Positions 43,253-57,018 of a stretch of DNA of 64,000 nt are shown one piece after another (within the stretch, counting starts at the first letter, position 1; every line of letters starts with the position of its first letter). Source of the stretch: Eledone cirrhosa. Taxonomy: Eukaryota. The notes below the pieces were generated by a model. It made no database searches and was not told the DNA's origin. It saw only the letters and a program-made list of their open reading frames with translations. Location of the stretch: contig OZ024740.1 in NCBI GenBank assembly GCA_964016885.1, positions 281,542,001 through 281,606,000 on the forward strand, in the 5' to 3' direction. The position numbers and the translations under genes are program-made.

Positions 43253-44628
43253 AAAAGATAAAAGATACAATAATAAGTACAATTCAGTAGCTAAATAAGC
43301 AGACAAACAAAAATAAAAATTAAAATCGTAAGGAATAACTATGAACGCACAGTTGCGCGGGCGCGCAACGTATAGCATAAACACAGTGATGGACAAAAAC
43401 CAAAAAATTAAAAATTAAAAAATTACGTAAGAGGGGTAAACAAATTATTGTTATAGGTAGTCCACTTAGAAGTAGTCCAGTTAGGGTACTCCGAGTCGTG
43501 GATAGTACTAACGCTTGGCTAAGTTTGACTCAACAAGACGTTTCCATAGTGATGCTGCGAGTACGCGGTGATTTCTATGTAATTTACACTTGGAGTAATA
43601 ATAAATCAAGAAAGAAGAGTGACATGGTTTGCTATACAATAAGGGCTTTATTCACATTGCTGACAATTGTTTCTCTGAACTGGTAGGTCTAGAGATCGCT
43701 ACCCGCCTGTTCTTGCGTCAATCGATCACGAATACTTTGTTATAACCAGTCTATTCATCAGAACATGCGAGAATGAAGGATATACACAGGCATGGCTTCT
43801 ATATATAGTAGTGGCATTAAATCAGAACAATAATAACAATACTAAAATAAATTAGCTAGATAGTAAATAGTTAAAACAATCACAACATCAATCTAAGTAA
43901 GGAATAGAGTATACTGATGACTTTAGCATGTAAAACGAACTGATACGAAGCAGATGTATGAAATTGACATGTGAAAGCTGTCATGGGGTATGTTATATAT
44001 AGTGTAGAGATAACCTGGGGCTTGAAACAATGGACCATTTACTTTACCGTAGGTTTGCTGACCGTAAGATTTATTTGTTATCTGACAAATAAAATATTTT
44101 CATTGTAGTGAGGATGGCAATTTTTATGTGGTGTAAAGTGGATTCATTATTTAAGTGGTCTATATTAGATGTAGGGATTGTTAGTTCGAATCATCGGGGT
44201 TGTTTAGCTTTCACAGCATCAATAACAAATCATGCATGAATAAGACAACAATAACAACAATATAGGCAATAAGGTAATACAGAGGTTAAGAAAACAAGGT
44301 ATATATAGAGAACATGATGAATACTATTATATATATATATACATATATACAGGCTCACGCAAACACACACATATAAATATACACTCACATGTACATACAT
44401 ATGTATATATACATACATATCTTCGCTATTTTCCGTTCATTGCCAGGGAACGTCTTCACGAATCAAAGTATCGTCTTCCTGTTTTCCTTCCGTTGCAACG
44501 TTTTTCGAAATATTTACTTCTGCGTTCACAGATTGATTTTTTTAGTTTCAGACGATCCCGTTAAGGGTAAAAGCAGCGATTCTTTGTTTAAACTTTAATC
44601 TGTTATTTTAATATATATATATATAATT

Positions 44629-44834
44629 ATAGGAAAATGTATGACCCTGACGGCAGAGCTGAAGCCGTTTCGATGGCTATTTCTGGACTATTTCAGTCCA
44701 GAAATAGCCGTCGAGACGGCTTGAGCTCTGCCGTCAGAGTCATACATTTTCCTATTACCCACTCTACTACTCTAAGTATTGAGTACTCTGGTGCGTTATG
44801 GTCCATCTGGTTCCTTACCACAACTCCTTCGTTA
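44629..44834 (+). mobile_element. Family H copy 3
   Basis: Hairpin 44629-44755 plus the conserved tail, between TA runs. Confidence 0.85.
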
Positions 44835-45247
44835 TATATATAATTATATATTCGTGTACAGATATTTTTGCATACACAAAAACAAAATATAAACAAAAGT
44901 ATTTATTTCACGAAAGCACAGACGGCTTATCGTCATTGTTACTGTCGATATGCCACCCAAAAAGTCCCTCTACTGTTGGCACAAGGCCAGCAATTACATA
45001 GTCAACGGTTCGGAAATCACATGCATCACTCACCAGTTTACTTTTACTCTACCAAATAGTCTTAGTATATTCGTCCAGCGTTTAGGTCATGCCTCGAAGG
45101 AAGAGATTCTCCATTGGCCGAAATACTGCGAAAGCGGCAAGAAAAAGAACAAGGCGGGCAAACGAATCGTCAGAGGAATCTGTTATTCGACGGTCGCAAG
45201 ATGCTGAACGTACTGCCACTTGAAAGAGCACTTGAAAAAGACAACCA

Positions 45248-45475
45248 ATGAACCATTCGCCGAACCGTGTTAGCTTTGCAATGTCTATCAACAAATCGCA
45301 GGCTCAGAGCCTAGCTGTTGTTGGTCTTCTTTTGGAAGAGTCGTGTTTTTCACACGGGCAACTATACGTTGGCTGCTCAAGAGTGGGAAGCAATACAAAT
45401 CTTTTTGCATATGCCCGACACGGAAGAACAAGGAACATTGTGTACAAGGAGGTGCTACAATCATTGTTTAGGTAG
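45248..45475 (+). pseudogene. Helitron PIF1-like helicase C-terminal fragment
   Basis: FAMSINKSQAQSL...FSHGQLYVGCSRV...TRNIVYKEVL; candidate CTAG 3' end at ~45730. Confidence 0.88.
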
Positions 45476-46659
45476 ACGAGGCAGAAGGGGATGTACACGA
45501 TTGGCTGAAGAAGGACGAAACTATGTTAGTAGTACGACCAACGGCTGCTATCACATCAACAACAACAAAAACAACAACAACAAAGAGGGGGAACGCAATT
45601 ACAAACTTTTTAAAAATCTTAATGGAAAATTATTTACCTAAGCACAAAATGTAGACAACATCCCCAGGCCGTGGTATTTCGTACTTCTCTGTACTGTTTC
45701 AGAAAGGAAGGATAAACATGGCAATTCTGCTAGTATATATATATATCCATACCCACAAATATATATATATATACAGATACAAGAACATACATATAAACAA
45801 CGCACACATATGCATACATATATATACATACATACACACACATGTATACACATGTATATACGTAAGAATACACACATGCACATACACATACACACAAATA
45901 TATACACACATATATATATATACATAAACATACGCATATATATATGTATATATACACACATGCACACCCGCACACATATATATATATATACATAAATACA
46001 TACATATATGGACCTTTATATACATACACACGTACATAGACATACATACAAACATACACACATGTATAAAATTATATATATAAAGATACACATATATACG
46101 CACGTACTTACACACACACACAAAAAAAATGTTTTACATATATATATATATACACATATATATATATATATATGTACATATATACAGGTTTTACTAAACT
46201 TCCATATATACACACACACATACATACACATATACACACACATATATACAAGCGTACACACAAATGTGAAAGTATGAAAATCACATATTCGTACATACAT
46301 ACGGACGACACACAAGCAAAAATAAATATACAAACACACATACATATGGAAATATGAAAAAAAAAGAAAAATATGGAAATATACAAATACACATATAAAT
46401 GCAATTATGAAAAAAATCGGGGAGGGGGGGATCTGGAAAGACACGTACATGTGAACATATACATACGCATACATAGACATGTAGAAACATACACACATAG
46501 ATATGAGTAACCATAAACATTTAAGCATTTACACAAAATAATGAAGAATACACACGCAATTATAAATAAATACATACAAAAGTGCATACACATATAAACA
46601 TATATTCATACATATCTATATTATCTGAAGGATAGAAATAGGGTTCCCGTAAATAAAAT

Positions 46660-46838
46660 AATTGTTTCTACTTTTGGCACAAGACCAGCAATTACTATGC
46701 ATTACTGGTACTTTATTTTATCGACCCCGTAAGGACGAAAGGCAAAGTTAACCTCGGCGGGATTTGAACTCAGAATGGCAAGGGCCGTAACTCTATACGT
46801 CATAGCATGGCGTCAGACCCTCTACCGATACTGCCAAT
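46660..46838 (-). mobile_element. tRNA-derived SINE family A
   Basis: Full copy. Confidence 0.88.
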
Positions 46839-46849
46839 AAGGGTGTATG

Positions 46850-48036
46850 TAGAAAGGGTATAACTAATAGGTAGGAAGAAAAGGGTATTGAGAGGGTATG
46901 ACAAAGGATATGTGAATAAAGTGAATATGTGAGTGTTATTGGTTGTAGATAAATTAAGGTTAAAGGTTAAAAAAGGGGAGAAGTGTTCAGGGTCTCTAAA
47001 AGGTGAAGAAGGGTGGATAGAAAGAAGGTGGTCGGTGTGTATGTGTTAAAAGTATGACAAAGAATGTGTGTGTGGGGTATAATTAAAATAAATAAGAGGG
47101 TGTTAATTGTGTATAATGGTTGTGGTAAAATGTATTTGTTCGTAAAGAGATCTTGGTAGTGAGTGGAAGAGTTAATTTGTAAAAAGAGGAAGTTCAGCAT
47201 GGTTGAGTGTTGGTAGGTATATTATACCAGCTGGAAAGAAGAGTTTGATTTCATGTGTGGACAACATCTGAAGATCTCAGTTTTAGAATTGAAGCAAGTA
47301 GTAGGAGTTTCAGATTTTGCAGTATTCTGTACTTTTCGGTTAGACACAAAGAACATCTTTTTGTGCCTTTCTGCTATTATTTTGAGTAGTCTAAAATGGA
47401 CCAATCAATCAAGTATGGAATCTTGCATTCTTTTAAATCCCACACTTTATTAGCCAGCGCCGTAGATGTTCTTTTGTCTGGATGTTTGAAGGAAGCGACA
47501 TGTGCATAGTATCTGATTTTAAATCTATCTTGCGTCATGCCCACATATCGCTCACTCCTGGCTGGTTGGTTATTCACAATGCATGTCAGTTTGGCCTCGT
47601 ATGCGATTGAGTTCGTATTGCATTTGCCCTGTAAATGGCATTCTTCAGCTTTTCTGCAACTACATCCTGTGTTTCCTTTAGTGATATTCAAGATGGTGAT
47701 TTTAGATCTTATGAATGGGCAGCAAGAGTAGCTAATTTTAACTGAATTTCTAATGAATACCTTATTATATCTATGTTGTTGGGGTAAATTTTTGTCTAGA
47801 AGTTCAAGGAATTTTCTTCCTAGATTAGTTATAACTGTTAAAAAGAAGGTAGAGTAAACCATATTATTTTTCTTTTCCTATTATTGTGTTTAGTGGTAGA
47901 AGGAGGAGTGGGTATATATTTGATTTGTTCGTTGAAACCGCTATTTTTAAGGGACTTATTATAATAAGGGGCTGCTTTATTAAAGAAATATATAGGAGAT
48001 AAGGTAGAGATCCTACGACTAATATTAGGAATAAGG

Positions 48037-48040
<4 letters not shown>
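46850..48040 (-). mobile_element. PLE clade A (Naiad-like) 3' remnant
   Basis: [50 protein letters not shown]; close relative of 57019-58930. Confidence 0.88.
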
Positions 48041-48075
<35 letters not shown>

Positions 48076-48088
48076 CAAACACACACAA

Positions 48089-48199
<111 letters not shown>

Positions 48200-48202
48200 A
48201 AT

Positions 48203-48349
<147 letters not shown>

Positions 48350-48369
48350 TATATATATATAAATAAGGA

Positions 48370-50597
48370 TTAAAATAGTGGAGCGTGTTGGAGTTAAACA
48401 CCCTCTTTGTATTATAGAAATGACAGTAAAAGGTATAGCTCAATGTAATTAAACAGAGCCGAAGAATTATGAAAATAAAACAAACAAGCCATCAATACAT
48501 CAAAAGTCTTTATTAGCCAACAATGTTTCGTCCTATTAAGGACTCATCGGGGCAATAAAAACTACAAGAAGCACTATCGGCCAATACAAGCCGAAAACTC
48601 CGAAGAATATGGAGTGTACATACACTAAAGTATTGGAAGATTATGGGTAAAAATATATAATAAAAATCACTAAGGAGGTGGATAACATTTTGAACCATAT
48701 TACAAATATAGTCCAAAGCAAAAAAACTAGAGCTAAACAAAGGTGGTTATATAGAGCGGGAATTATAGTACTATATGTAATGCAATATAATATAATATAA
48801 TATACTTGTAACAATATTAAAATTAAAATTAAAATTAAAAGGCACAATATACATATGTATATATATACACACACGTACGCACATATACATATACATCAAT
48901 ACACATTTCCATCATTAACAGCACAAATTAAACCTTATTAAGAGTTTAAATATAAATAAGCATAATAGGAATAAAAATAAAAATAATACGTATATCTAAT
49001 ATACAGTATACCATGAAGTAATGAAATGATTAAAAGTAACACATATAATATATAATAAACTATATAATTATATAATATATAATATAATATAATAGATAAT
49101 CTCCGGTTAATTTACACAAACAATATAGATGTCACAATAACACTATAATAATAATATAATAATATATAATATATAATGGCATGTAAGTTAACAAATCAAT
49201 TATAGAGTGTGTCTCGAGGATACAGAGATTACAAAATTTAGTATGTGTAGAAAGGTTATTAGAGCGTGCTACTAAACGCCAATTAAGGCTATATGGTATA
49301 TTAGCCCCCTTAAGATCCCAGATATAGTGTGCTAAAGAAGTAGAATTCTTAAACTTAACATGTTTGAAATTAGAGATATGAGAATTAAACCTAGTCTTAA
49401 AAGTGTTAGATGTAGAGCCTATATAAGTTCTATTAGAGGAATTAGTTTTAACTACGCAAGCATAAACGATGTTCTTAGAGAGGCAGTTACCGTTTAAAGG
49501 GCAGTTAGCACTCACTCTACAGTTACACTTCCGTGTGCTTTTGATTGGCTGAAGTAGTGATGCATTACACGTAGGATTACTATTAGATAAGGTCTGCTCT
49601 GGTGGTAAGGCATTTGCAGATCTGTTCGGACTAGTAGTATGTAGAGAGGAGTATCCATCCCTAATTTTCCTATTGTTAGTGCTAGCTAAATGAGAACTAA
49701 TATTAGGGGTGGTAGAGAATGAAAGTTTAATTACATTTTTATTAAAAATACTATGGTATTTATGAGAAGGGGGGAAATTTTTCTCTAAGATAGAAAAGAA
49801 AGACTTAGGGATATTAGTTAATACTTCCTGATTATATGGCGGGTTAAAATAAGTATTTAGTCTCCTTCTATTTTTATCCTTTCCGACTCTACCATTATCC
49901 AATATCCCATTATTAAGAATAGGGTTACTACAAGGATTAGTTAAAACCGCATTATTAGAATCAGCCAAAATTCCATTAAGTCTCTTTCTGTTTCTACCTC
50001 TAGTAGATCTGCTGCCGTCTGGAATCCTATCAAAAGGATTAGGGCCAATAATAGGATCAGTAGAAACAACATTATTAGAATTAGATCTAGCAAAAGCATC
50101 ACCAGTGAGTGAGCGCTCAGAGGGTTCGACTTGTTTCCTAGAGGTATTATATTCCCTATTACGAGTCCGGTGGGTTGACTTATGGATGGGTTCAGATACA
50201 CCTATGTAATTTCTATGATTATTATGCTTCCTACTCCCATTCATGACCATGTTATGGGATATTATGTTATTATTATTATAGGTAAGCGGAGACTTTCTAA
50301 GGTTACTATTATTATAATGTATTTTACTAGAGTAACCGGAATTAGCTAGGGCATTATTATAGTACTCGGCATGTTCATTAAATGTTCCTACGTCCTTAGA
50401 GAGTGTGGAAATCCTATTAGATACACCCTTAATTATAGAGCTTATCATAGATTTGGGGTGGTTAGAATTGGGACTAACATAAGAAAGTATTTCATTAGGC
50501 TTATGGAAGGGTTTAAAACTATTAGTGACCAAGTCCAAAGTCACATCTAAAACGTTGACCGCTCTATCGTTTCTATCTATCGGGATCGAAAGGTTAT
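48370..50597 (-). mobile_element. PLE clade A (Naiad-like) lacking the RT core; open 470 aa thumb plus GIY-YIG frame at 49132-50544
   Basis: VLDVTLDL, FHKPNE, SNHP, FNPPY, CNCRVSANCPLNGNCLSKNIVY, YIGSTSNTFKTRFNSH, CNLC. Confidence 0.9.
48516..48553 (-). ncRNA. Hammerhead motif with core substitution (CCGATGA)
   Basis: GCC-CCGATGA-GTCC-TTAATA-GGAC-GAAA-CATTG-TT-GGC, then AATAAA. Confidence 0.7.
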
Positions 50598-50616
50598 ATA
50601 TATATATATATAAATA

Positions 50617-50677
50617 TACTCTTTTACTCTTTTACCTGTTTCAGCCATCCGGCTGAGGCCATGCTGGGGCACCGCCA
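50617..50677 (-). mobile_element. SINE/LINE 3' tail fragment
   Basis: Minus strand GGCGGTGCCCCAGCATGGCC...CTGAAACAGGTAAAAGAGTAAAAGAG ending in TA; recognised as an octopus-type SINE tail from memory. Confidence 0.6.
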
Positions 50678-50749
50678 TATATATATATATTTATATATAT
50701 ATATATATATAAAATATATATATATATATATATATAAATATATATAAAT

Positions 50750-50782
<33 letters not shown>

Positions 50783-50801
50783 AATATATATATATATAAA
50801 T

Positions 50802-51024
<223 letters not shown>

Positions 51025-51077
51025 TGTTTGTGATTGTTTGTGATTGTTTGTGTGTGTTTGTTTGTGTGTGTGTGTTT

Positions 51078-51167
<90 letters not shown>

Positions 51168-51171
<4 letters not shown>

Positions 51172-51736
51172 GAATTAGAATTTAGCTTCAGGCATAGTTA
51201 TATACAGATATGTATTGGAAGTTCGTATTTCTAAAGAAATACGGTATGTTTACAATAAACATTTAGAGGGCCGTACCTATGGCAAGACCAGCGGTGATTA
51301 ATCACATTTGCATATGAAGCTGTATAAGTTGGATCTCTCAATTTTTAATGTAAACATACCGTATTTCTTTAGAAATACCTAATTCCAATACATATCTGTA
51401 TACAACTATGCCTGAAGCTAAATTCTAATTCTATTGTATTATAAGTTGACCCAACTTAAACAGCTTCATATGCAAATGAGATTAATCACCCCATTTATAC
51501 AGACGAGCCAACTACACATTCTCGCTTGTTTTCAAGTCCAGTAGTTGCAAACGTGGGAGGGATCGTTCTGAGTAGAAACAGTTCTTTTCGAAATGCGCAT
51601 AGACGATCGTCCCCCTTGCTTCTGCTGGACACCGCCAGACGGCGTTAGCCGATGTTGTTAAGGCATAGCTACGTCTCTGTAAATGTTTAATGTAATCATA
51701 CCGTATTTCTTTAGAAATACGAAATTCCAATACACA
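51168..51736. repeat. Interleaved inverted-repeat unit between microsatellites
   Basis: 51168-51258 is inverted at 51345-51435; 51293-51335 is inverted at 51448-51490; a third partial copy lies at 51680-51736. Confidence 0.85.
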
Positions 51737-51822
<86 letters not shown>

Positions 51823-52069
51823 CACATATATACATACATACATACATACATACATGTATATATATACATATATATATATATATACACATATACATATAAA
51901 TATACATATATATACATATACATATATATACATATATATATATACATATACGCATACATATACATATATACATATACATATATATACATATACATATATA
52001 TATATATACATGTATATATGTATATATATATATTTATATGTATATATACACATATATATATCCTTTCTG

Positions 52070-54912
52070 AATTTGTAACGAGTCAGAGGGAAGGGACAGG
52101 AGTAACAATGAGAGACATAGAAGCAACCATGAGGCTGTTGGTGGAAATAGAAACAACAACACAACTAACAATAGCAATAGAACATACAACACAATCTGGA
52201 ATTCCACTTTCTATGACCCTTCTGATATGTCCTTCGACTGGCGACGAGACCACGCCACGACTTTAGTTTTTAACAAACGCACGCAATTGCCGTCGCAGGT
52301 TGAACAAACAGAAGCACAATTTAATATAGCTATATATAAACTTAGAAAGATTATAGAACAGCATACCAAGAAACAGAATAGATGGAGGCCTAGCAACTGG
52401 GAGAATAATCCGAAAATGGTTTGGGTAAGCTCATCAACGCTCACGTAATGGAGAGATTGCATGCTTTCCAACAGACAAATCTGGAAAAATGTCGGTTGAC
52501 AGTCTGTCAACCTACATCCAGGCAATGTAACCACATATCACAAACACAAGAGAAGTAACACCACAAGAGCATGAGGACAGGGAGAAAACCCTCAACGCTC
52601 ATATAATGATGTCGACAAACACAATGCAGCCCAATAAACGGACTGCCAACAACATCCAGGCCTGGAACAATGACGTGCCAGCGTTGTAAGGGCTTCGAAA
52701 AGACCATAAGACGAACAGTGACTCAGTCACAGGACCACCAGCACGGCCAGTCTGTGGAGCTAACATTGCTAGCAACTACAGACTTTTCTACTTCCTCTCC
52801 CTGATCATACACCCCATAATTGAAAGGTCCCCAAATATATGTGACAGCACGGAGGACCTCCTCAGCATAATCAGCGAAAATAACCTGTCTAGGGACCTAA
52901 CAGACTGTATAATAGGTAGTATGGATGTAGTGTCCCTAAACCCATCCATTGACGTAGATTTTGCTGTGGAGAAATGCGTGGAAATGATCAGTGAGAGCAA
53001 TGTTGAATTCCGTTGGATTGATACCAGTGAGCTGGGATTCCTACTTAAACTTACATATAATAATGAATACCTAGATACATATGACCTTAGCAACCTCTGT
53101 CCCACAAGGCCAGCAAGAGGCAGACCACCTACCATTATTTCAATGGCCAAGAAAACCCACACAGAAAGATGGAACGGGTGGACAAGAGCCTTACGGACCC
53201 CCGAAAACCATGATGATCGCACATGCGGTGGGGGCCAGTATAAAACTAGCCCTTAAGGAACATATGTTCAAATTTAATGGAAAAACATATGCCCAAGAGG
53301 AGGGAGCAGCCATTGACGTTAGCATTTTAGGTGACATAGCTAACCTATTTATGGTATGGTGAGACAATAAACTTAAGAAACAATTAGAAGACAACAATCT
53401 CTTAACCCTGATTATGTACTCGCGCTACGTTGATGATATATACATCGTAGTAAAAACACCCCCACTAGAAAACAGTCAGGAATTAGAGAAAAATACCATG
53501 GAAAGCATCCAGCAAATAGCTAACTCCATCCACCAGAATATCAAAGTTACTATAGACTACCCAAGCAAAAACCCCAACCATCGATTACCTGTACTAGACA
53601 CAGAGCTCTGGTTAGAAACCATTAATAACAAAAAACAAATCCTCCATTCCCATTATGCCAAACCCATGACTTCCAAATACTTGATCCACCGAAACTCAGC
53701 TGTTTCGGATCACATAAAAATCAACATACTGATTGCGGATTTAGTAAGGGTAATGAGAAACGTGTCTCGCATGTACAACCCAAGAGAATTAGAGAGACAC
53801 ATACAACACTTCATCCACCGTATGCAGTTCTCTGGCTACAATCGGAGAGATGAAATCAGAGTATATAAAGGAGCCAGGAACAAATGAAAAAAATGGTAAA
53901 TAATGATACAAATGGGACCTGCCCTTGTATAGGAGCAAATTTTGGAATATAATAGAAAGAACTAGGAATAAGGTTAATAAAATGAACTCATGGTATGATA
54001 GCAATAAATACCAGAGTGTAATGTTCATCAATACAAACCTAGAGGTGAACTAGCTTACAAATTTAGAAGGGCTATAGATAAACTTAAACTAAATATTAAG
54101 ATAATGGAAAGACCAGGTACCTCCATAAAATCACTAATTAGTAATACATACCCTTTTCAAAGACCTCTCTGTATAGATAGGAAATGCATAATCTGTAAAC
54201 TAAGCCCCCGTATTAACTGTAAAACTAGAAATGTAGTATATAGCATACAATGTAAAAATAAGAATATAATGTACATAGGTGAGACAGCTCGTAGCATAGG
54301 AGAACGGTTAAATGAACACTGGTGAGAACTTCAAGATAGAAAAGACTCATCAATACTCCACCAACATGCTAAAATAGAACATAAGGGCAAATTATAGAAC
54401 ATAGAGATAAAAATAAGATCTACACATAGAAAAGACGCAATGCTTAGACAAATCACAGAGGCAATAAACATAAATGAACTCTAACCAAAATTAAATAGAA
54501 AACATGAATGGAATAGAAACATCACAACTTATAATTACGGACAAAATGAAAACACACACACATAGAACAAACAACTAACTAGTAACATGTAAATAAACAA
54601 ATAAAAACACACAGAGACACCCGGATGTAACACATGTGCAAACTAAGCACACAACACACACAAAAACAAGATGGGGTAGGACAAAACAAAGGAGAGGCAC
54701 AAAACAAAGAAAATAATCCCCAGTCACTGAAGAGGTCACAGAATGTGTGACGAAAGAACTTTGACAATATATGAACAACCATCCGATTGTGGAACCAACC
54801 AACCAACCGGAAATTGATAAAATTTATATTTATAAAATTTATAATAAATTGAAGTGAAAGCACCTGGTACGTGTGTTTCTTATTGGCAACATGACCCTCC
54901 CAAAGTATAACA
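52070..54912 (+). mobile_element. PLE clade B, decayed RT plus GIY-YIG with pLTR
   Basis: KDHK, RPVCGA, GSMDVVSLNPSI, GAAID, YSRYVDD, LPVLD, NCKTRNVVYSIQC, YIGETARS; stops and frameshifts. Confidence 0.92.
54723..54765 (+). ncRNA. Minimal hammerhead motif
   Basis: GTCA-CTGAAGA-G-GTCACA-GAATG-TGTGAC-GAAA-GAAC-TT-TGAC. Confidence 0.82.
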
Positions 54913-54936
54913 ATATATATATATATATATATATAC

Positions 54937-55039
<103 letters not shown>

Positions 55040-55040
55040 C

Positions 55041-55131
<91 letters not shown>

Positions 55132-55134
55132 TAC

Positions 55135-55172
<38 letters not shown>

Positions 55173-55177
<5 letters not shown>

Positions 55178-55372
55178 AACGAGTAGGACCCGACGGCTGA
55201 GCTCAAGCCGTTTCGACGGGTAATTTTTTTTTTGTCCAGAATTAGCCGTCGAAACGGCTTGAGCTCAGCCGTCGGGGTCCTACTCGTTCCTATTACCCAC
55301 TCTATTACCCTAAGTATTCAGTACTTTGGTGCGTTATGGTCCACCTGGTTCCTTACCACATTTCCTCCTTTA
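55173..55372 (+). mobile_element. Family H copy 4
   Basis: Hairpin 55173-55293 plus tail, wholly inside (TA)n. Confidence 0.88.
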
Positions 55373-55419
55373 TATATATATATTTATATATATATATACA
55401 TATATATATACATATATAT

Positions 55420-55464
<45 letters not shown>

Positions 55465-55471
55465 TATATGC

Positions 55472-55528
<57 letters not shown>

Positions 55529-55545
55529 TATATGCATATATATAC

Positions 55546-55581
<36 letters not shown>

Positions 55582-55601
55582 TCATATATATATATACATA
55601 T

Positions 55602-55688
<87 letters not shown>

Positions 55689-57018
55689 AGAATAGATGTG
55701 TAAAACACGAGTTGTGCTATATTGGTAAAAGGAAAGGAAAATGCTGACAAATTGTTCCCAGTGAAAAATAGTTTAATTAGGAATAAGTAAAAATTAGTAA
55801 TAAGTATTGGTTAGTATTTAGTTTTAGTTTTAAGTTTTTACCGGTTGCGCATTTCTAATGCTTTTCAAAAATAACTTTGAGATAGAGTGCTCGTGATGTT
55901 TGCTCTAATCTGGATTAGAGCAAACATCTCGGCCGCTCTATCTCAAAGTACAAATATACTGAGTGAGAAATTAGGCATAAGAGGAATCAGTTGTTGCATG
56001 CAGGAAATAGCTATTCAAGCATATCAGTGTTTGTGTGACCACAAATACTTATATAATATATGTTGAAAAAAGAAATTGTAAGATAATAGAGTTAATGTAC
56101 ATACAGGCTCAGTGACTAAGGTTTGTAGTATATACACATACAAGTATGAAAGCACGCGTATAAACACACACACACGCACAACCACATACATGCAAGTGAT
56201 ATATACAGGGAAGGGAGTGTATCAGTCAAAGCAGTGTCAGGCTGAAGGTCAATACATATATATAAAATATAAAATATGAAAATGAAAAAATGAATAAATA
56301 TATGAGAATAAAACAATTAAATCAAAGAGAAAGTAAGAGGGAGGGGTTATCAATTATAAAGTAACACTAGAAAAAATAGAAAACATACATAGGTTCGTAC
56401 ACACACATGTATATAAATATATATATATATAAACACGTACAGACAAAAGCACGTACATGTGTACATACATACAAAAGCGCGCATATATACATACGAAGCA
56501 CATATATATACATACATGTATATCTAATAACACGCACGTGACTATATATATATACACACATATATATATATATATATGCACACACACACATATATATATG
56601 TAAAAAACAGATATAAAAACACACATACACACACACACATACACATACACGCGCACATAGGAATGCATTCGTATACATATACAAACACCTATACACACAC
56701 ATGCATACTTACACGCATACATACAATATAAAAACCAGCCGTATGAATAAATGAGTACAAATTATACGCAAGTAAACATACATAAAAGCGGCTGAGGTAC
56801 AACAGAATATATCTGGAGATGAAAACGCAATTGACATGTGATATCAGGTAGTGAAAGAAAAGGGGGAAGTAAAATATGTAAAATTGTGAAGATATAAAGT
56901 AAGTGAATCAAAAAGCAGGTGGATGTGAAGTCAAGATAAAGTTATAAATAAAAATAAAAGTAAATCATAAAGAGAAGTCTGTATAGAGGGTAATTTAAGG
57001 AAAGTGAAGAACAAGAGT

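Noticed and set aside
43750-43945. CTGATGA occurrences at ~43761 (-) and 43915 (+)
   Set aside because: No properly placed stem II plus GAAA.
53360-54325. In-frame TGA codons in a PLE as possible selenocysteine
   Set aside because: Sister copies have Trp or Gly at these positions and the element has other stops and frameshifts, so this is ordinary decay.
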